A DNA stretch of 64,000 bases from an uncultured candidate division Zixibacteria bacterium (GTDB lineage Bacteria > Zixibacteria > MSB-5A5 > GN15 > FEB-12): assembly GCA_963664195.1 (NCBI GenBank), contig OY760907.1, positions 416,001 through 480,000 of the forward strand, given 5' to 3'. Below are positions 20,078 through 30,203 of the stretch, in pieces. Made by a program: the position numbers and the translations under genes. The notes under the pieces were generated by a model. The model saw only the letters and a list, made by a program, of their open reading frames with translations, ran no database searches and was not told the origin of the DNA. Each line of letters starts with the position of its first letter. Position 1 is the stretch's first letter.

Positions 20078-23000
20078 ATGCAGCTCAAACATGTTTCGAT
20101 TGCCCTATTTCTATGCCTGATTCTCGCCGTTGGCGTCTTTGCCGCCGACCGTAACGACATTCAGGCAAAAGTCTATCTCAACGAAAAATCCGACGTACAT
20201 CAGCTTCGCGCCCTCCACATGGACGTCGTCTATCCCGGTATGGATTACTTTGAGATCATCACCAACCCGGACGAACTCGCCAAGCTTGAAGCCCTGGGGT
20301 TCAAAACTGAAATCGTCCACGAATCTGTCTCCGGGTTCTATCGTTCCCGCCTCGACACCTCGAAAGACATGGGCGGTTACGCGACCCTCTCGGAAATCGA
20401 GGCCTGGACCGATTCGATGATCGCCGCGCACTCATCGATTCTCTCGTCCAAGATTTCAATCGGTCAGACAATCGAAGGCCGTGAAATGTGGGCATTCAAG
20501 ATTTCCGATAATCCGAATGTCGACGAAGATGAACCCGAGGTCATGTTCACCGCGGCCATTCATGCCCGCGAGGTCATCACACCGCTCGTGATTGAGCATT
20601 TCGTTGAGCACATGGCCGACAATTACGGCATCAACCCGGACGTTACGGACATTGTCGACAATCGCGAAATCTGGATCGTGCCATGTGTTAATCCCGATGG
20701 ATACTACCACAACGAATACACCGATCCGGGCGGCGGCGGCATGTGGCGCAAGAACCGTCGCAACAACGGCAACGGTACCTATGGTGTCGATCTTAACCGC
20801 AACTACGGCTATGAGTGGGGCTACGATGACGGCGGTTCCTCGCCGGACCCGTCGGATGAAACTTATCGCGGCACCGGACCGTTCTCCGAACCGGAAACGC
20901 AGAACCTTCGCGACTGGGCCATTGAACGGAATTTTGCCGTCACTCTGTACTTCCACTCCGCTTCCAATCTGATCCTCTGGCCGTGGGGATACGACAGCTA
21001 TTTCACACCGGACGAGGACATCTTCTCGGCAATGGGTGACTCGATGGCGGTGTTCAATAGTTACGATCCGGGACCGATCTGGATTCTGTACGAGGCCAAC
21101 GGCGGCACCGATGACTGGCACTACGGTGAACAAACGCTAAAGGACAAGAGCTTTGCGTTTACCATTGAAGTCGGAGATCGTTTCGCAGATGGTTTCTGGC
21201 CGGCGACTTCGAGAATCCCGGCACTCGTTGCTGAGAATCTTGGCGTCCAGATGTACCTCGCGCGTCAGGCGGGCAATCCGTACGCGCTGAAGGCGCCGCT
21301 TGCTCCCTCGATCAGCCTCGCGCCAGTGGTGAACGGCCTTGAGTACCTGGTTGAATGGACGCACACAGACTCGCTGAACCCTGCTGTCGCCTACGAACTT
21401 GTGGAGATGCAGGGGCCGGGCATGACGACCGATCCGGCCGACGATCTCAACGACTGGGACAACGACGGCTTCACGGTCTCTACTTCGAGAAGCTACAGCG
21501 CACCATCGAGCTTCTACTCCGGTCAGGGGAACAACCTGAATAACACGATCAGTACTACTGAACCGTTCGCCATCGCCCTGGCAGATACGCTGCGCTTCTG
21601 GACATACTATGACATCGAAGTCGACTGGGACTATGCGTACGTAGAGGCCTCCACCGACGGCACTACGTTCGAGAAACTGGCCGGGAATATCACGACCACA
21701 TCGAATCCCCACGGCACGAATCTCGGCAACGGAATCACCGGTTCATCCGGTGGCTGGGTCGAAGCGATATTCGATCTGACCGGTTACACGGAAACCGAGT
21801 CTCTGTTGATACGATTCGCATACGTGACCGACGGTTCCCAGGTGGAAGAAGGGTTCTACATCGACGACATCTACCCGCATTACGGTTTTGGAATCAGCAC
21901 GGTAGTTGACTCAGACATCGCCGACGACTTCTGGACCTTCACCGACAAGCCAGCCGGTGATTACTATTACAAGGTCCGTGCGAAAGACGCCGAGGAGCAG
22001 TGGGGTCCGTTCTCGGAGATCACTCCAACTCTCGTAACCGCCGGAAACCGTGGCGATGTTGACCTGGATGGCGTGGCGTATTCTATCGGCGATCTGGCAC
22101 TGCTGAATCTGTACTTCGCACAGGGCCTGCCGGCGTTCGACGCTGCTCACATGGAAGCGCAGATTGAACAATCGGATGCCAACTGCGACGGCCTGACACT
22201 GTCAAGCGCAGATGCGGATCAAATCGCCGATGTGCTTCTGGGACTGGCATCTCCCTGCTCATACGAGGAGAAAGGCTACGACAGCGATGGCGTGCTGACA
22301 ATGCGCGATGATCCGCTGTACGGTGTGGCGATTCAGAACACAACGGTCAACTTCAGCGACACAGCTTATGTCGATATCGTTCTCACCGACGGCAACGCCG
22401 ACCTGCTCGGATTCCAGTTCCACCTGGAGTATGATAACACGAAACTGTCGCTGGCCGATGTAGAGCTTGGGGTTGACCTGCCGAACTGGGACCTCGTTTC
22501 TTACAATGACGTTGAGGCCGGAGCGGTCAATCAAGTTCGTCTGCTGGGTGTAGCCTGGACCGAAGGAGATCCCGTCGATTCCAGTGATATCAGCCCGCAG
22601 CCGACGCCGAAACAACTCGCGAGACTGAAATTCGCCATTCTCGATTCCGAGGATGACTTCACTACCGATCTCAGGTTCGTCTGGCAGAATTGCTATGACA
22701 ACACAATCGCCGTTGGCGCCATGCCCGGTCCGTCCCAGGAAATGCTGGCGCTTTCGCGCGTTGTCTACGACGCCGACCTGACCGACATCACCGGTACCGA
22801 CCCGCTCTACGGCGGCACAGCCGGTCACTGCGACAACGGCTATGCCGGCGGCACCGGACTGGCATCGCCGATGGGATCAATTGACTTCACTTCGGGACGC
22901 GTAGGTTACGTCGCTTCCTGTTGTGTGGGCAATGTTGGCAATGTAGATTGCGGCGTCGACGATCAAGTAACCATGGCCGACCTGACAGTGCTGATCGACC

Positions 23001-23140
23001 ACCTGTTCATCAGTCTCGACCCGCTCTGCTGTCTGCCTGAGGCGGATTTGGACCACACGTTCGACGTCACGATGAGTGATCTGACCGTATTAATCGACCA
23101 CCTGTTTATCAGTCTGGACCCGCTGGGACCGTGCCAGTAG
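20078..23140 (+). CDS. Secreted M14 zinc carboxypeptidase (carboxypeptidase T-like) with jellyroll, dockerin-like and cohesin-like modules
   Basis: AGGAG RBS, signal peptide, IHARE, WRKNRR, GVDLNRNY, YFHS, TIEVG; duplicated C-terminal DLTVLIDHLFISLDPL flanked by CC pairs. Confidence 0.85.
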   Translation: MQLKHVSIALFLCLILAVGVFAADRNDIQAKVYLNEKSDVHQLRALHMDVVYPGMDYFEIITNPDELAKLEALGFKTEIVHESVSGFYRSRLDTSKDMGGYATLSEIEAWTDSMIAAHSSILSSKISIGQTIEGREMWAFKISDNPNVDEDEPEVMFTAAIHAREVITPLVIEHFVEHMADNYGINPDVTDIVDNREIWIVPCVNPDGYYHNEYTDPGGGGMWRKNRRNNGNGTYGVDLNRNYGYEWGYDDGGSSPDPSDETYRGTGPFSEPETQNLRDWAIERNFAVTLYFHSASNLILWPWGYDSYFTPDEDIFSAMGDSMAVFNSYDPGPIWILYEANGGTDDWHYGEQTLKDKSFAFTIEVGDRFADGFWPATSRIPALVAENLGVQMYLARQAGNPYALKAPLAPSISLAPVVNGLEYLVEWTHTDSLNPAVAYELVEMQGPGMTTDPADDLNDWDNDGFTVSTSRSYSAPSSFYSGQGNNLNNTISTTEPFAIALADTLRFWTYYDIEVDWDYAYVEASTDGTTFEKLAGNITTTSNPHGTNLGNGITGSSGGWVEAIFDLTGYTETESLLIRFAYVTDGSQVEEGFYIDDIYPHYGFGISTVVDSDIADDFWTFTDKPAGDYYYKVRAKDAEEQWGPFSEITPTLVTAGNRGDVDLDGVAYSIGDLALLNLYFAQGLPAFDAAHMEAQIEQSDANCDGLTLSSADADQIADVLLGLASPCSYEEKGYDSDGVLTMRDDPLYGVAIQNTTVNFSDTAYVDIVLTDGNADLLGFQFHLEYDNTKLSLADVELGVDLPNWDLVSYNDVEAGAVNQVRLLGVAWTEGDPVDSSDISPQPTPKQLARLKFAILDSEDDFTTDLRFVWQNCYDNTIAVGAMPGPSQEMLALSRVVYDADLTDITGTDPLYGGTAGHCDNGYAGGTGLASPMGSIDFTSGRVGYVASCCVGNVGNVDCGVDDQVTMADLTVLIDHLFISLDPLCCLPEADLDHTFDVTMSDLTVLIDHLFISLDPLGPCQ

Positions 23141-23170
23141 CGGACAAATAGACACGAGTGCTCAAAAGTG

Positions 23171-23201
23171 ACGGGCAGGGTTCCACCCCTGCCCGTTTAT
23201 T
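23171..23201 (+). terminator. Rho-independent terminator
   Basis: Stem ACGGGCAGGG/CCCTGCCCGT followed by TTATT, 30 nt after the peptidase stop. Confidence 0.6.
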
Positions 23202-23540
23202 GTGCGTCTCACGCTAGCCCCTCCTCGTCTGACAGCTACCAAACGGATGTTGGAGAAACCGCAAGACTTTCACTCTGAAAAGGAGCAGAATGAAGGTCGC
23301 TGCGAGTATGACCAGAGCGGTCAGGCGAGGACACTCAGTCTCGCTGTCGCCTTACCGCACATACAAGAGGCAGAATTCGTGACCGGCAGGGAACCCATTT
23401 CGGTGCCTGCTTCCCGCTCGGAACGGTGCGTCGGGGGTGGAACCCCGACACTCACGGTATGCGGTACTCACACCAGTGGCTGTCAGATGAGTACACCTGA
23501 TAGCCCAGTATTACCCCGACGCTCACGGAGTACATACCGC

Positions 23541-23798
23541 CTAAATGTCTTTCAGCGCCTTCACCTGACGAAGTTTCCGGAATAGCTGAACGTACTCCTT
23601 CACCATCACCTCCTCAGCGCGCGACATCCCCTCCATCATCGGAATGCCGATCCTGAGTACAGCACGGACAATATCTGCCACAGTCCGGTCATACTTGTCA
23701 GCCAGGTCTTTCAGATCGTTCTTGAGTTGATATGAGATGGAGATATTCAGGCAATGCTCTCCCCTCGATTTTCGTTTTGCATCGGTATCTTGTGACAT
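23541..23798 (-). CDS. Small ribbon-helix-helix (CopG-like) DNA-binding protein
   Basis: LNISIS strand followed by helices LKNDLKDLADK and TVADIVRAVL; GGAGG RBS upstream. Confidence 0.55.
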   Translation of the reverse strand: MSQDTDAKRKSRGEHCLNISISYQLKNDLKDLADKYDRTVADIVRAVLRIGIPMMEGMSRAEEVMVKEYVQLFRKLRQVKALKDI

Positions 23799-23813
23799 AA
23801 TCCCTCCTGTTTC

Positions 23814-24308
23814 TCAATGGTACTTGCTGTGGCCGATCAGCGTTTGCGGCGTGGTGATCCTGAGGTCAAACCGTTCGGCCAATTCTTGCATCACACCGCT
23901 CCAAGTGGCAGACTCCGGTTTAGCCGCTATCAGTTGGTCGATTTCGTCGCGGTACGGTGAGGCACAAATCGGGCAATCGGTTATCACTTCCGAATCGATA
24001 CCAAACGTGGCGGCAACAAACGGTTGAAGTTCTTTCCGTAATCTTCGGAGCGCTGTTTTGTGAATTGCTTCCAGACGGTGCATTGTTCGTCCCGTTCTCT
24101 CCGCCAGTTCTTCGTAGCACATTCCCATGTAGTAGAATCGTTCGATGAACTCCCGCTGGTCATCATTAAGTTTCTGCAGGGCCTCGCGGACGGCCTCCCG
24201 AATAATCTGCCGCCTGTCATCTGTTGACGATTCCTCCTGTGTGGGTTGAGCTGGTTCGCGCCCGAGATCGACAATCCATTGCTGGTAAAGAACCCGACTT
24301 CTGGCCAT
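23814..24308 (-). CDS. Sigma-70 region 4-like HTH protein with a C-terminal CxxC...HxxxH domain
   Basis: EALQKLNDDQREFIERFYY...YEELAERTG...ALRRLRKEL is a sigma4 pattern; no region 2; CPIC and HSKYH; AAGGAG RBS. Confidence 0.65.
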   Translation of the reverse strand: MARSRVLYQQWIVDLGREPAQPTQEESSTDDRRQIIREAVREALQKLNDDQREFIERFYYMGMCYEELAERTGRTMHRLEAIHKTALRRLRKELQPFVAATFGIDSEVITDCPICASPYRDEIDQLIAAKPESATWSGVMQELAERFDLRITTPQTLIGHSKYH

Positions 24309-24579
24309 GTTGCTCCTTTCGTTCGCCCCGTATTGCTCTGGTTATCGATCTCAATGAAAGCCGTTGTGCGGTGGGTTGTCGATTACATGGGGATCACAAG
24401 CTCGAGAGCCACGGATCGATGTGAAACGTCACTCGTATCGCTTATGTGGTGAATAATTGGACAGAATCGACATATAACAGGAGACAGACAAAAATGGCTG
24501 ACCTTGCGCACGCGATTTGCATATATTGCTGGCAGTCAGTGGAAGATAACGAGTTAAGGATGACTCAAGGTGCAAATGT

Positions 24580-24798
24580 ATGACTGATTACACAAAGTAT
24601 GACCCTCCGCGACCGATTATCAGCGGCGTCATCTGGCTAGGGATAGGGCTGTATCTGCTCGGAATGATGCACCATGTCATCCCGCCTATCGATGAGAGCT
24701 GGCCCGCCATTCTGGTGATTATCGGTTTTGGAATCGTTTGCGGAGCGTTCAGGCGTAAACGGCGAAGAGAAGCCCCGCCGGACCTTCACCAGCAATAG
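24580..24798 (+). CDS. Small two-TM membrane protein (LiaF/DUF5668-like)
   Basis: GVIWLGIGLYLL...SWPAILVIIGFG with a basic tail. Confidence 0.55.
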   Translation: MTDYTKYDPPRPIISGVIWLGIGLYLLGMMHHVIPPIDESWPAILVIIGFGIVCGAFRRKRRREAPPDLHQQ

Positions 24799-24808
24799 AG
24801 GAAACGAC

Positions 24809-25603
24809 GTGAGCACAACCCCGAACGGACAACAGTTTGAACGTATCCCGGTCTACCCGTCGCCGGACCAGCCGCAGTCGGCACCGGATCCGATGGCCGA
24901 ATTCAAAGCCCTCACCGGCAACACCGGATTCAAGCCAAACTTGATGACCTGGGTTAGCCTTTTTGTGCTGCTGGCTTTTTATCCCGGTATCTCGATGCTT
25001 GGCGATGCCGAAAGCACGATGGAACTCCTTGAGAACATCACTCCGGGCATGCTGGTCTTTATGTTGGTAGCGACCATTCTCATGCAATGGGCTATCTACC
25101 TCATCAACTGGGGAGCGCTTTTCACGGAGAACACCGGCCTCCAGGGAATTGGGCTTAGCCGTATTCGCCCACTCCATTTTGCGTACGGCATCACCTTCCT
25201 CTTGGTCTCGTATGCTCTGCTCTCCGGACTGGCCTGGGTGATGGCGCAGATCGGTATGCCTATGGCCGGTGAGTTGGGGCTGATGATTCCCCAGGACACC
25301 ACCGGGCGCATTGTCTGGGTGTTCGTGTCGTTCACCGCGGGATTCTGCGAAGAGGTTGCGTTCCGGGGTTATATCATGACGCGCCTTCGCTTGATCTTCA
25401 AGACGAAAAGCTGGGTGATTCCCATTATCGTCTCGGCTGTGGCCTTTGGCGCCTGCCATGCCTACCAGGGTGTCTCGAACATGATCGTGCTGAGTATCTA
25501 CGGCGCGATGTTCTCGCTGTTGTATATCAAGACGGGCAGTTTGTGGCCGTGCGTAATCGCGCATTTCTTCCAGGATTTCCTGGCGCTGTTCATCCCACAG
25601 TAA
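24809..25603 (+). CDS. CPBP/Abi (CAAX protease II) intramembrane metalloprotease
   Basis: GFCEEVAFRGY, FGACHAYQG, SLWPCVIAH; GAGG precedes GTG 24809. Confidence 0.88.
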   Translation: MSTTPNGQQFERIPVYPSPDQPQSAPDPMAEFKALTGNTGFKPNLMTWVSLFVLLAFYPGISMLGDAESTMELLENITPGMLVFMLVATILMQWAIYLINWGALFTENTGLQGIGLSRIRPLHFAYGITFLLVSYALLSGLAWVMAQIGMPMAGELGLMIPQDTTGRIVWVFVSFTAGFCEEVAFRGYIMTRLRLIFKTKSWVIPIIVSAVAFGACHAYQGVSNMIVLSIYGAMFSLLYIKTGSLWPCVIAHFFQDFLALFIPQ

Positions 25604-25762
25604 GAAACAGCACTTCCCTATCTGGGTGGCCGCCTCAAACTCGTTTGGGGCGGTATCTCCAACCAGTATCACAACACCATCACAGCAAGTGTCCTCGCAA
25701 GTCTGAAGACAGCCACTCGTGGCGTTGACCTTCGCTACAAGATGCGAGATATGATTGTCAGG

Positions 25763-26080
25763 TCAGTCGGTCTTGGCTTTGCTGAGTGTTGCGCGAAGTC
25801 GATTGTAGCGAATGAGGCCGACAACAAACGTGATTACGCCGATAGGAATAAACGCCCAGCCGATGTATTCCAACACCCGTGAATCGAAGAACTTGATGAA
25901 AGTCAGACCGGCGGCAAAAAGCGTCAACGCCGTGCGTATATAGGCAAGAAAAGTGTTCTGGTTGGCGAGAATCGTCCGGTCAATAGCAAGATAGTCACGC
26001 AGAATCAGCTTGGAATGATCGATATCGGAATATACATCGGCCGATTCTTTCCTGTGACGATGGAGCAAGCTCATTGCCAT
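25763..26080 (-). CDS. DUF202 (YidH-like) membrane protein
   Basis: RDYLAIDRTILANQNTFLAYIRTAL followed by two TM helices. Confidence 0.8.
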   Translation of the reverse strand: MAMSLLHRHRKESADVYSDIDHSKLILRDYLAIDRTILANQNTFLAYIRTALTLFAAGLTFIKFFDSRVLEYIGWAFIPIGVITFVVGLIRYNRLRATLSKAKTD

Positions 26081-26153
26081 GCCCCTCTGGCTGTGACGGA
26101 CTTGAGGATATTCTGCCTCTCAGAGTTTCATAACATACGATCAAAGTGTAAAG

Positions 26154-26183
26154 AAAACGGGAGGGGATTGCCTCTCCCGTTTT
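26154..26183 (-). terminator. Rho-independent terminator (possibly bidirectional)
   Basis: AAAACGGGAG...CTCCCGTTTT inverted repeat after the 26202 stop. Confidence 0.55.
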
Positions 26184-26201
26184 GTCGGGCGAAGGATTCG
26201 C

Positions 26202-26654
26202 CTAATTTTCTTTCAGGATAACATCGTCGTACTCGACCTCAAAGCGGAGCTTGTGCTTGGCTTCCTCGTTAGCAAGCCCCAGGAGCAGAGATTTGGCACC
26301 GGCGTCATCCGTAGCCTCTGACAGATCGTTGTACAGCTTGAAGGCGGCTTTTTCGGCTTTCATAGCCAGAATGAGGGCTTCCTGGTAATCCAGTTCGGCC
26401 GACATTTCGATCTCGGAGAGGTTGTCACCGATCTTCAGATCGAGAATCTTCTTTTCGGAAGCGGCCAGTATCTTGCCTTCTTTGACGCCCTGAAGTTTGG
26501 CTTTATGACCCAATTCTTCTTTGGCAAAACCGGAGAATATGTCTTTCATATACTGCTGTTTCATCTTGCCGGACAGCGCGTTATAGAAATCGGCAGCATC
26601 CTGCTCTTTGTCGATTGCGTAATCCAGAATCTTATCAACGGAATCTAACTTCAC
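26202..26654 (-). CDS. Ferritin-like / rubrerythrin-family diiron protein (no rubredoxin domain)
   Basis: Duplicated motif pairs EQDAADFY/EELGHK and EKAAFKLY/EEAKHK; GGAGG RBS with GTG start. Confidence 0.85.
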   Translation of the reverse strand: MKLDSVDKILDYAIDKEQDAADFYNALSGKMKQQYMKDIFSGFAKEELGHKAKLQGVKEGKILAASEKKILDLKIGDNLSEIEMSAELDYQEALILAMKAEKAAFKLYNDLSEATDDAGAKSLLLGLANEEAKHKLRFEVEYDDVILKEN

Positions 26655-26816
26655 GTTTTCCTCCTAAGCATGTATTTACCCGCAGTCTTTGTTATCGAAC
26701 GTATGTCGGTGGCCTCTGGGGACCGGCTGAATGCTAATAGAGAATCGCCTTTGCGGCAAGTGTTTTCTGGGGATTGCTGGCGTTGAAGCGCGGCCTTGTT
26801 CGGTCGATCCTTGGGA

Positions 26817-28175
26817 TCATTGCTCCTTCCGCTGGGGAATCCAATGTATGTCGTGCATACGCTCCGTACAGGACGTCTTGTGCAGTTCGCCGGTCTCAAT
26901 ATCGTACAGGTAGAGTCGGTTTCCTTGAAAGAAGACTCCGAATCGACCGGTGTTTAGCGCGAGATCGCGTGAGTCAGGTGAAAAGGCAGCCCCGTCAACT
27001 TCGAGACCTCTGAGCGACAACTGGCGAGCCCTCCCGTCAAGCGTATTTACTAGCGCATACTGCCCATCCTGAGAGACTACGAGAATCCAGCGGTTGTTGG
27101 GTGACAGGGCCATAAGCTCGCCCCGACAGAGTTGCACTTCAGTGGAATCGGCATGATTCAATCTGCTGATAGCCGATCTTCTGCAGACGAGAGAGTGTGC
27201 TGAATCGATGAGAGCTGATGGACAAGAAACACCTTTCGGGCCTCGATACGAGGATTGCATTCCGGAAGGATAGTCTTCCAGAATTTGGAACGAGCTATCC
27301 AACAAGAGATACGCTGCCCTGTCAGCATACCAGCAGTCAACAAGATACTCGCCGGTTGGATCGTGGTACTCGAGGGAGTAACAGGTCATTGCCGGTTCAC
27401 TCAGCTCCTTTATCGTAGTGGCGTCTGCTGTGAAGGGTTCGTACGAGTAGCAGGCCGACCTCTTGGCACGTTCGGACAGAATCAGAGTACTCTCTGGACC
27501 TAAACACATGATCTCTAGAGGATGGTCCGCGCCGCAGTCTATCGGTGTCTTGCTGGCTATGCCGGTCGCGGGATTGTACGCGAAGAACTCTCTCCGGTAC
27601 ATATCGGAGTCGAGGCACACAATGCTTCCCTCCAAGCCCGGAAACGAGGCCTCCGCCTTCTGGTTCGACCAGAGAACGGTCGCGAGAGCCAGATACGAGA
27701 GAGTAATGCCGCCTATCACTGCCTTCGCGATGCGGGAAAGTCTGGGACCTGCAACCTGAGTTCCACCTCTGTAAACACTCCAATCCCTAATCAGAATCAG
27801 CAAACTGAGACCGGAGGCTAGTACGAAGGCAAGGGACTCGTGTGCCAGAAACAGGCAGAAGAGCCAACCCCAGAACAGCAGGGACACAACGTGAACAATC
27901 GCCACCAACCAGAACGACAATCGCCAGATCAGGTTTTTCCCCCATCCAATCAACAACTGTACGGCACTGAGGGCCAGAAGCACGTACGTGAGATTTGCGG
28001 TTGTCAGAGGGGAAAGATCCGCCCATGGCATCCCTCCCCAATAGACATCCTTGCCGAGCAGCCAATAGACGGCCATCGTAAGCACGACTACATGCATCGC
28101 CAAAGCCAGCACCCGAAGGACGCTAGCTGCGACTCTCAGTCCGTTGCCTCTGTCGCTCTCTTCCGTGTCGTCCAT
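26817..28175 (-). CDS. Hypothetical membrane protein with a C-terminal TolB/beta-propeller-like domain
   Basis: About five N-terminal TM segments; ALSPNNRWILV and AFSPDSRDLAL repeats. Confidence 0.5.
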   Translation of the reverse strand: MDDTEESDRGNGLRVAASVLRVLALAMHVVVLTMAVYWLLGKDVYWGGMPWADLSPLTTANLTYVLLALSAVQLLIGWGKNLIWRLSFWLVAIVHVVSLLFWGWLFCLFLAHESLAFVLASGLSLLILIRDWSVYRGGTQVAGPRLSRIAKAVIGGITLSYLALATVLWSNQKAEASFPGLEGSIVCLDSDMYRREFFAYNPATGIASKTPIDCGADHPLEIMCLGPESTLILSERAKRSACYSYEPFTADATTIKELSEPAMTCYSLEYHDPTGEYLVDCWYADRAAYLLLDSSFQILEDYPSGMQSSYRGPKGVSCPSALIDSAHSLVCRRSAISRLNHADSTEVQLCRGELMALSPNNRWILVVSQDGQYALVNTLDGRARQLSLRGLEVDGAAFSPDSRDLALNTGRFGVFFQGNRLYLYDIETGELHKTSCTERMHDIHWIPQRKEQ

Positions 28176-28325
28176 TGCAGAATCCTCTCATACGGTTGTC
28201 CGTCCGTAAACAGTATCCGCAATCTTCTACATGCATGTCAACGATTTGTTCGAGGAAGGTGGGGGATCTAAAAAATGCCCCGCAGCAAGCCACGGGACAT
28301 CAGTGTTACGAAAAGGTCTATTTGG

Positions 28326-29168
28326 TTAGAGCGCCGCTGCCGTCTCGCGCTCGCGGAGTGTAGCAGCAAACTCGTCGATGTAGTTCTCGTGCCGAAGATC
28401 AAGAATGTGCCGGCGGTTGAGTTCGAAGTCGCGGAAAGGAAGATTCTCCACCTGCTCGTAGGTATAGTCGAGCATGCCGTTTGGTTCGCCCTTGGTGACG
28501 ATTCCCACTCCCCAATCGCAGTCGAGGACGAAGATTCTCAAATCGTCGCGAGTCGAGCGCAGAAACGCTACCGCTTTCCAGACATCGCCGGTCCACGCAC
28601 CGGTCCAATCAGGAGACTTCTTGGCCGTCTCCAGCTGAGACTCCGGCGTTGCGATAAGCTCCGTGGTCGGCGAACAGTCGTGCATTACAACCACTCCCCC
28701 GTCGTTCAGATGCTTGAGGCAGTTCTCGACATCGCGTGCCGCCTGCCGCCATTCGTGAAGGCCGTCGACAAAGGCAACGTCGATCTTGTCGACCAAAAAC
28801 AAATCGTCCCGTGTGTCGAAAAGCTCGTCGGAGGTCATTTGGAAAGTCTGGATCGAGGCCCCGTTGATCGGTGATTTGAACGGTTGTGTTCCTTGCGCTG
28901 ACGTTTTGACCCCGATGTACGCCTGCGATGACGTGTGGCCAATCTCCAGATCAATGGTAGCGTCGTCAGGAATATTCGACAGGGCGTTTGACAACGCCTG
29001 CGAAGCGGCATTGACCAACCGCGGCGACGGCCTCGCGGGGTCCACTCCGATCTTGCGCTCGGCGTTTACCGTGAGGAACGTTTCCGAATGGTGAAGGCCG
29101 ATTTCGAGATAGGTTCGTGCACCTGTTGAGTCGACGATTTTCTGGATAACATCCGCTCTGTTCAACAT
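28326..29168 (-). CDS. Class I SAM-dependent methyltransferase (Methyltransf_24-like)
   Basis: YLEIG, AFVDGLH, GGVVVMHD, WTGDVWK. Confidence 0.82.
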   Translation of the reverse strand: MLNRADVIQKIVDSTGARTYLEIGLHHSETFLTVNAERKIGVDPARPSPRLVNAASQALSNALSNIPDDATIDLEIGHTSSQAYIGVKTSAQGTQPFKSPINGASIQTFQMTSDELFDTRDDLFLVDKIDVAFVDGLHEWRQAARDVENCLKHLNDGGVVVMHDCSPTTELIATPESQLETAKKSPDWTGAWTGDVWKAVAFLRSTRDDLRIFVLDCDWGVGIVTKGEPNGMLDYTYEQVENLPFRDFELNRRHILDLRHENYIDEFAATLRERETAAAL

Positions 29169-29402
29169 GGCGTTATGTCCTTTGTCAGCGTAGCAAATCC
29201 TATTTGGGAGAATGGTCGCTTGATGAAGCTTGAGTGCTCGGCGGTCATCGCATCCCTGCTTTCTGCTATGTCAGTTATCGGCAGGTGTGCGACGATTCCA
29301 CACAGCTTGAGGTTCTTTTTTTGGTGCTGATCGCTCGATCTTCGTTCAGGAGACTCGACCGACTCTCACCGTCGGGCACGTTTCAAAGCCGCTGACAGCT
29401 AA

Positions 29403-29572
29403 CGTAGGGCAGAACCCGAATAGACGAAGCCGCCCATTTGCAGGCACGAGTGAAGCGGTTCTGCCATCGTCCACCTGCGGTGGACTCGACTTTCCGGCGG
29501 AACCGCTAAAGGGTTCCACCCTACGCGGTCCGTGCTACAATAAGTCTCGGTGAGCCTGTCGAAGTGTGGACC
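29403..29572. repeat. Cluster of GTAG-led REP-like palindromes plus copy 2 of the 35-bp repeat
   Basis: GTAG-GGCAGAACC...GGTTCTGCC on plus; GTAG-GGTGGAACC...GGTTCCGCC on minus; 29538-29572 matches 17408-17442. Confidence 0.6.
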
Positions 29573-30113
29573 GAATTCTCTTCCGCGCCTGCCGACAATA
29601 ATGGCGTTCACAGGCGATTTTCCTCTTTCCCTGCGTGACGATTCCTATAATAATGTGGGCGGCACTGCGGGGAAATGAAGAATCATAGAAACGAGAGATG
29701 GCATCGGCAGAACTGCGACCGGTTGCAACGCTGATGCGTTCAACCTATCGCAGGAGTTTGCCTCAAATGCCTCTGACGAAATCCGTGACCACATATTGAG
29801 GTTCCTTTTGGAGCGCCACAAGTCGGCGAGAGGTATCGCTAAGATTCCAATCGGAATAAGGGATCTACACGTGCGCCCCGCACGATAGTGTACCCGTTGA
29901 AAAACCGAAGCCAGCTTGCAGCGTCAGAGTGGGGCAAACGGCCGCCGTCTGCGGCCCACAGTGGGGAACGGCATCGCTCGCCCCCCAATACAAAACCGCC
30001 CCCGTCTTCTTACAAATACGCTTGCGCCGAAAACTCACATGTATTATCCTCAACCTCATATACCCTGTACAGGCTGGTTTCATACAAGAATCGGCCGGAA
30101 AATCGGGTTCTCC

Positions 30114-30131
30114 TTGTGAAAACTTTAACAA
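30114..30131 (+). promoter_or_regulatory. Rex-like operator upstream of qmoA
   Basis: TTGTGAA-AACT-TTAACAA, 1 mismatch from TTGTGAA-N4-TTCACAA; a possible TTGCGC-17-TATCCT promoter lies at 30022-30050. Confidence 0.7.
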
Positions 30132-30203
30132 TCAAGGCCGAACCCCGAATAACGAAAGACGTTAGCCCACAACTAGTTGGGCAGAGGCTTCAAGGAGAAG
30201 GCT

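Noticed and set aside
22975..23125. Direct nucleotide repeats as a CRISPR or tandem array
   Set aside because: Only two copies, encoding the duplicated dockerin-like motif; no spacers or cas genes.
29170..30200. ncRNA, riboswitch, tRNA or attachment site at the left edge of the sulfur cluster
   Set aside because: No cloverleaf, recognisable riboswitch or convincing ORF; only REP-like hairpins. An Rfam/Infernal scan would be needed to exclude an RNA.
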